This document shows, in pieces, positions 54,501 to 64,000 of a stretch of DNA of 64,000 nucleotides. Each line of letters opens with the position of its first letter. The first letter of the stretch is position 1. A program made the position numbers and the translations under genes. Source of the DNA: the human T2T-CHM13v2.0 reference genome, Homo sapiens; the NCBI RefSeq assembly GCF_009914755.1, contig NC_060928.1; one strand, given 5' to 3'. A model generated the notes under the pieces. That model ran no database searches and was not told the DNA's origin. It saw nothing but the letters and a program-made list of their open reading frames with translations.

Positions 54501-55835
54501 TGTTTGCATTCAAGTCACAGAATTGAACATTCCCTTTCATAGAGCAGATTTGAAACACTCTTTCTCTAGTATCTGGAAGTGGGCATTTCAAGCGCTTTCA
54601 GGCCTATTGAGAGAAAGGAAATACCTTCAAATAAAAACTAGACAGAAGCATTCTCAGAAACTTGTTTGTGATGTGTGTATTCAACTAACAGAGTTGAACT
54701 TTTGTTTTTACAGAGCCGTTTTAAAACACTCTTTTTGTGGAATCAGAAAGTGGATATTCGGATGGCTCTGAGGATTTCGTTGGAAGCGGGATTACATATA
54801 AAATCTAGAGAGAAGCATTCTCAGGAACTTCTTTGTGATGTTTGCATTGAAGTCACAGAATTGAACATTCACTTTGATAGAGCAGGTTTGAAACACTCAT
54901 TCTGTAGTATCTGGAAGTGGACATTTCAAGCGCTTTCAGGCCTATGGTGAGAAAGGAAATATCTTCGAATAAAAACTAGACAGAAGCATCCTCAGAAACT
55001 TATTTGTGATGTGTGTCCTCAACTAACAGAGTTGAAACTTTGTTTTGATACAGCATTTTGGAAACACTCTTTTTGTAGAATCTGCAGGTGGATATTTGGA
55101 TAGCTTAGAGGGATTCGTTGGAAAGGGGATATCTTCATATAAAATCTAGACAGAAGCATTCTCAGAAACTTATTTGTGATGTGTGTCCTCAACTAACAGA
55201 GTTGAACCTTGGTTTTGATACAGCATTTTGGAAACACTCCTTTTGTAGAATCTGCAGGTGGATATGTGGATAGCTCTGAAGATTTCGTTGGAAACGGGAA
55301 TTTCTTCATATAAAATCAAACAGAAGCATTCTCAGAAACTTCTCAGTGATGTTTGCATTCAGCTCATGGAGTTGAACACTTCCTTTCATAGAGCCGGTTT
55401 GAAACACTCTTTCTGCACTACCTGGAAGAGGCCATTTCGAGCGCTTTGAGTCCTATGGTGAAAAAGGAAATATCTTCTCATAAAAACCAGAAAGAAGCAT
55501 TCTCAGAAACTTCTTTGTGTTGTGTGTACTCATGTAACAGTGTTGAACCATCCTTTTGACAGAGCAGTTTTGAAACACTCTTTTTGTAGAATCTGCAAGT
55601 GGATATTTGGATAGCTTTGAGGATTTCGTTGGAAACGGGATGACATATAATATGTAGAGAGAAGCATTCTCAGGAACTTCTTTGTGATGTTTGCATTCAA
55701 GTCACAGAATTGAACATTCCCTTTCATAGAGCAGGTTTGAAACACTCTTTCTCTAGTATCTGGAAGTGGGCATTTCAAGCGCTTTCAGGCCTATGGAGAG
55801 AAAGGAAATACCTTCAAATAAAAACTAGACAGAAG
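51587..55835 (+). repeat. HOR unit 15, 25-mer
   Basis: Spacing 51885->56134 = 4249. Cassette at 53632-54648. Confidence 0.93.
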
Positions 55836-58800
55836 CATTCTCAGAAACTTATTTGTGATGTGTGTCCTCAACTAACAGAGTTGAACCTTTGTTTTGATAC
55901 AGCATTTTGGAAACACTCCTTTTGTAGAATCTGCAGGTGGATATTTGGATAACTTTGAAGATTTCGTTGGAAACCGGAATATCTTCATATAAAATCAAGA
56001 CAGAAGCATTCTCGGAAACATCTCTGTGATGTTTGCATTCAACTCAGTAGAGTTGAACACTTCCTTTCATAGAGCCGGTTTGAAACACTCTTTCTGCACT
56101 ACCTGGAAGCGGACATTTCGAGCGCTTTGAGGCCTATGGTGAAAAAGGAAATATCTTCTCATAAAAACCAGAAAGAAGCATTCTCAGAAACTTCTTTGTG
56201 TTGTGTGTACTCAAGTAACAGTGTTGAACCTTCCTTTTGACACAGCAGTTTTGAAACACTCTTTTTGTAGAATCTGCAAGTGGATATTTGGATAGCTTTG
56301 AGGATTTCGTTGGAAACGGGTTATCTTCATATAAAATCCAGACAGGAGCATTCTCAGAAACTTCTTTGTGCTGCATGTCCTCAATTCACAGAGCTGAACC
56401 TTTGTTTGGATACAGCATTTTGGAAACATTCCTTTAGTAGAATCTGCAAGTTGATATTTAGATAGCTTTGAAGATTTCGTTGGAAACGGGAATATCTTCA
56501 TAGAAAATCTAGACGGAAGCATTCTCAGAAACTGCTTTGTGATGTTTGCATTCAAGTCACAGAGTTGAATATTCCCTTTTATAGAGTAGGTTTGAAACAC
56601 TCTTTCGGCACTACCTGGAAGTGGATATTTCGAGCTCTTTGAGGCCTATGGTTAAAAGGAAATATCTTCCCATAAAAACTAGACAGAAGCCGTCTCAGAA
56701 ACTTGTTTGTGATGTGTGTATTCAACTAACAGAGTTGAACATTTCTGTTACAGAGCAATTTTAAAACACTCTTTTTGTGGAATCTGAAAGTGGATAATTG
56801 GATAGCTTTGTGGATTTCGTTGGAAACGGGATGACGTATAAAATCTAGAGAGAAGCATTCTCAGGAACTTCTTTCTGATGTTTGCATTCAAGTCACAGAA
56901 TTGAACATTCCTTTTCATAGTGCAGGTTTGAAACACTCTTTCTGTAGTATCTGGAAGTGGACATTTCAAGCGCTTTCAGGCCTACGGGGAGAAAGGAAAT
57001 ATCTTCAAATAAAAACTAGACAGAAGGATTCTCAGAAACTTATTTGTGATGTGTGTCCTAAACGTACACAGTTGAACCTTTGTTTAGATACAGCATTTTG
57101 GAAACACTCCTTTTGTAGGATCTGCAGGTGGATATTTGGATAGATTTTAAGATTTCGTTGGAAACGGGAGTTTCTTCATAGAAACTCAAGACAGATGCAT
57201 TCTCAGAAACATCTCTGTGATGTTTGCATTCCACTCATAGAGTTGAAAACTTCCTTTCATAGAGCAGGTTTGAAACACTCTTTTTGTAATATTTGGAAGT
57301 GGACATTTGCAGCGCTTTGAGGCCTATGGTGAAAAAGGAAATATCTTCTCATAAAAACCAGAAACAAGCATTCTCAGAAACTTCTTTTTGATGTGTGTAC
57401 TCAAGTAACAGAGTTGAACCTTCCTTTTGACACAGCAGTTTTGAAACAATCTTTTTGTAGAATCTGCAAGTGGATATTTGGATAGCTTTGAGGATTTCGT
57501 TGGAAACGGGATATCTTCATATAAAATCTAGACAGAAGCATTCTCAGAAACTTCTTTGTGCTGTATGTCCTCAATTAACAGAGTTGAACCATTGCTTGGA
57601 TACAGCATTTTGGAAACATTCCTTTAGTAGAATCTGCAAGTTGATATTGAGATAGATTTGAAGATTTCGTTGGAAAAGGGAATATCTCCATATAAAATCT
57701 AGACGGAAGCATTCTCAGAAACTGCTTTGTGATGTTTCCATTCAAGTCACAGAGTTGAATATTCCCTTTTATAGAGCACGTTTGAAACACTCTTTCTGCA
57801 CTATCTGGAAGTGGACATTTCGAGCGCTTTGAGGCCTATGGTGAAAAAGGAAATATCTTCCCATAAAAATTAGACAGAAGCATTCTCAGAAACTTGTTTG
57901 TGATGTGTGTATTCAACTAACAGAGTTGAACTTTTGTTTTTACAGAGCCGTTTTAAAACACTCTTTTTGTGGAATCAGAAAGTGGATATTCGGATGGCTC
58001 TCAGGATTTCGTTGGAAGCGGGATTACATATAAAATCTAGAGAGAAGCATTCTCAGGAACTTCTTTGTGATGTTTGCATTGAAGTCACAGAATTGAACAT
58101 TCACTTTGATAGAGCAGGTTTGAAACACTCATTCTGTAGTATCTGGAAGTGGACATTTCAAGCGCTTTCAGGCCTATGGTGAAAAAGGAAATATCTTCGA
58201 ATAAAAACTAGACAGAAGCATCCTCAGAAACTTATTTGTGATGTGTGTCCTCAACTAACAGAGTTGAAACTTTGTTTTGATACAGCATTTTGGAAACACT
58301 CCTTTTGTAGAATCTGCAGGTGGATATGTGGATAGCTCTGAAGATTTCGTTGGAAACGGGAATTTCTTCATATAAAATCAAACAGAAGCATTCTCAGAAA
58401 CTTCTCAGTGATGTTTGCATTCAGCTCATGGAGTTGAACACTTCCTTTCATAGAGCCGGTTTGAAACACTCTTTCTGCACTACCTGGAAGAGGCCATTTC
58501 GAGCGCTTTGAGTCCTATGGTGAAAAAGGAAATATCTTCTCATAAAAACCAGAAAGAAGCATTCTCAGAAACTTCTTTGTGTTGTGTGTACTCATGTAAC
58601 AGTGTTGAACCATCCTTTTGACAGAGCAGTTTTGAAACACTCTTTTTGTAGAATCTGCAAGTGGATATTTGGATAGCTTTGAGGATTTCGTTGGAAACGG
58701 GATGACATATAATATCTAGAGAGAAGCATTCTCAGGAACTTCTTTGTGCTGTTTGCATTCAAGTCACAGAATTGAACATTCCCTTTCATAGAGCAGATTT

Positions 58801-60084
58801 GAAACACTCTTTCTCTAGTATCTGGAAGTGGGCATTTCAAGCGCTTTCAGGCCTATTGAGAGAAAGGAAATACCTTCAAATAAAAACTAGACAGAAGCAT
58901 TCTCAGAAACTTGTTTGTGATGTGTGTATTCAACTAACAGAGTTGAACTTTTGTTTTTACAGAGCCGTTTTAAAACACTCTTTTTGTGGAATCAGAAAGT
59001 GGATATTCGGATGGCTCTGAGGATTTCGTTGGAAGCGGGATTACATATAAAGTCTAGAGAGAAGCATTCTCAGGAACTTCTTTGTGATGTTTGCATTGAA
59101 GTCACAGAATTGAACATTCACTTTGATAGAGCAGGTTTGAAACACTCATTCTGTAGTATCTGGAAGTGGACATTTCAAGCGCTTTCAGGCCTATGGTGAG
59201 AAAGGAAATATCTTCGAATAAAAACTAGACAGAAGCATCCTCAGAAACTTATTTGTGATGTGTGTCCTCAACTAACAGAGTTGAAACTTTGTTTTGATAC
59301 AGCATTTTGGAAACACTCTTTTTGTAGAATCTGCAGGTGGATATTTGGATAGCTTAGAGGGATTCGTTGGAAAGGGGATATCTTCATATAAAATCTAGAC
59401 AGAAGCATTCTCAGAAACTTATTTGTGATGTGTGTCCTCAACTAACAGAGTTGAACCTTGGTTTTGATACAGCATTTTGGAAACACTCCTTTTGTAGAAT
59501 CTGCAGGTGGATATGTGGATAGCTCTGAAGATTTCGTTGGAAACGGGAATTTCTTCATATAAAATCAAACAGAAGCATTCTCAGAAACTTCTCAGTGATG
59601 TTTGCATTCAGCTCATGGAGTTGAACACTTCCTTTCATAGAGCCGGTTTGAAACACTCTTTCTGCACTACCTGGAAGAGGACATTTCGAGCGCTTTGAGT
59701 CCTATGGTGAAAAAGGAAATATCTTCTCATAAAAACCAGAAAGAAGCATTCTCAGAAACTTCTTTGTGTTGTGTGTACTCATGTAACAGTGTTGAACCAT
59801 CCTTTTGACAGAGCAGTTTTGAAACACTCTTTTTGTAGAATCTGCAAGTGGATATTTGGATAGCTTTGAGGATTTCGTTGGAAACGGGATGACATATAAT
59901 ATCTAGAGAGAAGCATTCTCAGGAACTTCTTTGTGATGTTTGCATTCAAGTCACAGAATTGAACATTCCCTTTCATAGAGCAGGTTTGAAACACTCTTTC
60001 TCTAGTATCTGGAAGTGGGCATTTCAAGCGCTTTCAGGCCTATGGAGAGAAAGGAAATACCTTCAAATAAAAACTAGACAGAAG
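55836..60084 (+). repeat. HOR unit 16, 25-mer
   Basis: Spacing 56134->60383 = 4249. Cassette at 57881-58897. Confidence 0.93.
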
Positions 60085-63000
60085 CATTCTCAGAAACTTA
60101 TTTGTGATGTGTGTCCTCAACTAACAGAGTTGAACCTTTGTTTTGATACAGCATTTTGGAAACACTCCTTTTGTAGAATCTGCAGGTGGATATTTGGATA
60201 ACTTTGAAGATTTCGTTGGAAACCGGAATATCTTCATATAAAATCAAGACAGAAGCATTCTCGGAAACATCTCTGTGATGTTTGCATTCAACTCAGTAGA
60301 GTTGAACACTTCCTTTCATAGAGCAGGTTTGAAACACTCTTTCTGCACTACCTGGAAGCGGACATTTCGAGCGCTTTGAGGCCTATGGTGAAAAAGGAAA
60401 TATCTTCTCATAAAAACCAGAAAGAAGCATTCTCAGAAACTTCTTTGTGTTGTGTGTACTCAAGTAACAGTGTTGAACCTTCCTTTTGACACAGCAGTTT
60501 TGAAACACTCTTTTGGTAGAATCTGCAAGTGGATATTTGGATAGCTTTGAGGATTTCATTGGAAACGGGTTATCTTCATATAAAATCCAGACAGGAGCAT
60601 TCTCAGAAACTTCTTTGTGCTGCATGTCCTCAATTCACAGAGCTGAACCTTTGTTTGGATACAGCATTTTGGAAACATTCCTTTAGTAGAATCTGCAAGT
60701 TGATATTTAGATAGCTTTGAAGATTTCGTTGGTAACGGGAATATCTTCATAGAAAATCTAGACGGAAGCATTCTCAGAAACTGCTTTGTGATGTTTGCAT
60801 TCAAGTCACAGAGTTGAATATTCCCTTTTATAGAGTAGGTTTGAAACACTCTTTCGGCACTACCTGGAAGTGGATATTTCGAGCTCTTTGAGGCCTATGG
60901 TTAAAAGGAAATATCTTCCCATAAAAACTAGACAGAAGCCGTCTCAGAAACTTGTTTGTGATGTGTGTATTCAACTACCAGAGTTGAACATTTCTGTTAC
61001 AGAGCAATTTTAAAACACTCTTTTTGTGGAATCTGAAAGTGGATAATTGGATAGCTTTGTGGATTTCGTTGGAAACGGGATGACGTATAAAATCTAGAGA
61101 GAAGCATTCTCAGGAACTTCTTTCTGATGTTTGCATTCAAGTCACAGAATTGAACATTCCTTTTCATAGTGCAGGTTTGAAACACTCTTTCTGTAGTATC
61201 TGGAAGTGGACATTTCAAGCGCTTTCAGGCCTACGGGGAGAAAGGAAATATCTTCAAATAAAAACTAGACAGAAGGATTCTCAGAAACTTATTTGTGATG
61301 TGTGTCCTAAACGAACACAGTTGAACCTTTGTTTAGATACAGCATTTTGGAAACACTCCTTTTGTAGGATCTGCAGGTGGATATTTGGATAGATTTTAAG
61401 ATTTCGTTGGAAACGGGAGTTTCTTCATAGAAACTCAAGACAGATGCATTCTCAGAAACATCTCTGTGATGTTTGCATTCCACTCATAGAGTTGAAAACT
61501 TCCTTTCATAGAGCAGGTTTGAAACACTCTTTTTGTAATATTTGGAAGTGGACATTTGCAGCGCTTTGAGGCCTATGGTGAAAAAGGAAATATCTTCTCA
61601 TAAAAACCAGAAACAAGCATTCTCAGAAACTTCTTTTTGATGTGTGTACTCAAGTAACAGAGTTGAACCTTCCTTTTGACACAGCAGTTTTGAAACAATC
61701 TTTTTGTAGAATCTGCAAGTGGATATTTGGATAGCTTTGAGGATTTCGTTGGAAACGGGATATCTTCATATAAAATCTAGACAGAAGCATTCTCAGAAAC
61801 TTCTTTGTGCTGTATGTCCTCAATTAACAGAGTTGAACCATTGCTTGGATACAGCATTTTGGAAACATTCCTTGAGTAGAATCTGCAAGTTGATATTTAG
61901 ATAGATTTGAAGATTTCGTTGGAAAAGGGAATATCTCCATATAAAATCTAGAGGGAAGCATTCTCAGAAACTGCTTTGTGATGTTTCCATTCAAGTCACA
62001 GAGTTGAATATTCCCTTTTATAGAGCACGTTTGAAACACTCTTTCTGCACTATCTGGAAGTGGACATTTCGAGCGCTTTGAGGCCTATGGTGAAAAAGGA
62101 AATATCTTCCCATAAAAACTAGACAGAAGCATTCTCAGAAACTTGTTTGTGATGTGTGTATTCAACTAACAGAGTTGAACTTTTGTTTTTACAGAGCCGT
62201 TTTAAAACACTCTTTTTGTGGAATCAGAAAGTGGATATTCGGATGGCTCTGAGGATTTCGTTGGAAGCGGGATTACATATAAAATCTAGAGAGAAGCATT
62301 CTCAGGAACTTCTTTGTGATGTTTGCATTGAAGTCACAGAATTGAACATTCACTTTGATAGAGCAGGTTTGAAACACTCATTCTGTAGTATCTGGAAGTG
62401 GACATTTCAAGCGCTTTCAGGCCTATGGTGAGAAAGGAAATATCTTCGAATAAAAACTAGACAGAAGCATCCTCAGAAACTTATTTGTGATGTGTGTCCT
62501 CAACTAACAGAGTTGAAACTTTGTTTTGATACAGCATTTTGGAAACACTCTTTTTGTAGAATCTGCAGGTGGATATTTGGATAGCTTAGAGGGATTCGTT
62601 GGAAAGGGGATATCTTCATATAAAATCTAGACAGAAGCATTCTCAGAAACTTATTTGTGATGTGTGTCCTCAACTAACAGAGTTGAACCTTGGTTTTGAT
62701 ACAGCATTTTGGAAACACTCCTTTTGTAGAATCTGCAGGTGGATATGTGGATAGCTCTGAAGATTTCGTTGGAAACGGGAATTTCTTCATATAAAATCAA
62801 ACAGAAGCATTCTCAGAAACTTCTCAGTGATGTTTGCATTCAGCTCATGGAGTTGAACACTTCCTTTCATAGAGCCGGTTTGAAACACTCTTTCTGCACT
62901 ACCTGGAAGAGGACATTTCGAGCGCTTTGAGTCCTATGGTGAAAAAGGAAATATCTTCTCATAAAAACCAGAAAGAAGCATTCTCAGAAACTTCTTTGTG

Positions 63001-63316
63001 TTGTGTGTACTCATGTAACAGTGTTGAACCATCCTTTTGACAGAGCAGTTTTGAAACACTCTTTTTGTAGAATCTGCAAGTGGATATTTGGATAGCTTTG
63101 AGGATTTCGTTGGAAACGGGATGACATATAATATCTAGAGAGAAGCATTCTCAGGAACTTCTTTGTGATGTTTGCATTCAAGTCACAGAATTGAACATTC
63201 CCTTTCATAGAGCAGGTTTGAAACACTCTTTCTCTAGTATCTGGAAGTGGGCATTTCAAGCGCTTTCAGGCCTATGGAGAGAAAGGAAATACCTTCAAAT
63301 AAAAACTAGACAGAAG
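60085..63316 (+). repeat. HOR unit 17, 19-mer
   Basis: Spacing 60383->63615 = 3232. Confidence 0.93.
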
Positions 63317-64000
63317 CATTCTCAGAAACTTATTTGTGATGTGTGTCCTCAACTAACAGAGTTGAACCTTTGTTTTGATACAGCATTTTGGAAACACTCC
63401 TTTTGTAGAATCTGCAGGTGGATATTTGGATAACTTTGAAGATTTCGTTGGAAACCGGAATATCTTCATATAAAATCAAGACAGAAGCATTCTCGGAAAC
63501 ATCTCTGTGATGTTTGCATTCAACTCAGTAGAGTTGAACACTTCCTTTCATAGAGCAGGTTTGAAACACTCTTTCTGCACTACCTGGAAGCGGACATTTC
63601 GAGCGCTTTGAGGCCTATGGTGAAAAAGGAAATATCTTCTCATAAAAACCAGAAAGAAGCATTCTCAGAAACTTCTTTGTGTTGTGTGTACTCAAGTAAC
63701 AGTGTTGAACCTTCCTTTTGACACAGCAGTTTTGAAACACTCTTTTGGTAGAATCTGCAAGTGGATATTTGGATAGCTTTGAGGATTTCGTTGGAAACGG
63801 GTTATCTTCATATAAAATCCAGACAGGAGCATTCTCAGAAACTTCTTTGTGCTGCATGTCCTCAATTCACAGAGCTGAACCTTTGTTTGGATACAGCATT
63901 TTGGAAACATTCCTTTAGTAGAATCTGCAAGTTGATATTTAGATAGCTTTGAAGATTTCGTTGGTAACGGGAATATCTTCATAGAAAATCTAGACGGAAG
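63317..64000 (+). repeat. HOR unit 18, partial (monomers a-d), truncated by the window edge
   Basis: Matches 72-755 of unit 1. Confidence 0.92.

Larger units (their letters stand above)
1..64000 (+). repeat. Centromeric alpha-satellite HOR array with a 19-mer (3232 bp) base unit, most likely human chr4 D4Z1 / S2C4H1L
   Basis: Seen: ~166-172 bp monomers starting CATTCTCAGAAACT. They carry either a CENP-B box (TTTCGTTGGAAACGGGA, B type) or the pJalpha-type GGCCTATGGTGAAAAAGGAAAT (A type). Identical spurious ORFs recur at an exact 3232 bp spacing (e.g. 35725, 38957, 42189, 45421, 48653, 51885). Knowledge: a 19-mer/3.2 kb HOR is characteristic of D4Z1. Alpha-satellite identity is near certain; the chromosome assignment is about 0.85. 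Confidence 0.97.

Noticed and set aside
370-63982. About 200 short ORFs (61-129 aa) on both strands, e.g. MQHKEVSENAP and MFQTYSIKGNIQ
   Set aside because: They are periodic translations of alpha satellite that overlap on both strands and internally repeat every ~57 codons. Many rely on alternative start codons, and none has a recognisable domain. I used them only as coordinate markers.
1-64000. CRISPR-like appearance (conserved motifs such as GAAGCATTCTCAGAAACT at regular spacing)
   Set aside because: The intervening sequences are homologous monomer bodies, not unique spacers. The period is ~170 bp and there are no cas genes.
1-64000. Embedded L1/Alu, inversion or non-satellite insert
   Set aside because: All unit lengths are fully explained by 3232, +1017, +1187, -1 and -4 bp. 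ORF orientation never flips and there are no poly-A tails or GC-rich tracts.

Overview
The whole window is one uninterrupted, single-orientation array of primate (human-type) centromeric alpha satellite (~170 bp monomers). I see no genes, transposons or inversions. The basic higher-order repeat (HOR) is a 19-monomer unit of 3232 bp. That size and the A/B monomer sequence fit the live human chromosome 4 array D4Z1 (S2C4H1L, suprachromosomal family 2); this is recognition, not a database hit. I label monomers a-s from the first complete one at 72 (my own labels). Seventeen complete HOR units start at 72, 3304, 7552, 11801, 17237, 20465, 23697, 27946, 31178, 35427, 38659, 41891, 45123, 48355, 51587, 55836 and 60085, plus a partial unit at 63317. 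Their sizes in monomers run 19,25,25,32,19,19,25,19,25,19,19,19,19,19,25,25,19. The interest is architectural: (1) a recurrent 1017-bp 6-monomer cassette with a fused monomer that restores strict CENP-B box alternation; (2) a recombinant 32-mer; (3) a 7481-bp 44-monomer super-repeat marked by shared variants; (4) a hidden 7+7+5 ancestry of the 19-mer; (5) a spreading CENP-B box mutation in the right third. All ORFs in the track are spurious translations of the satellite. I found no evidence for a novel protein-coding system.
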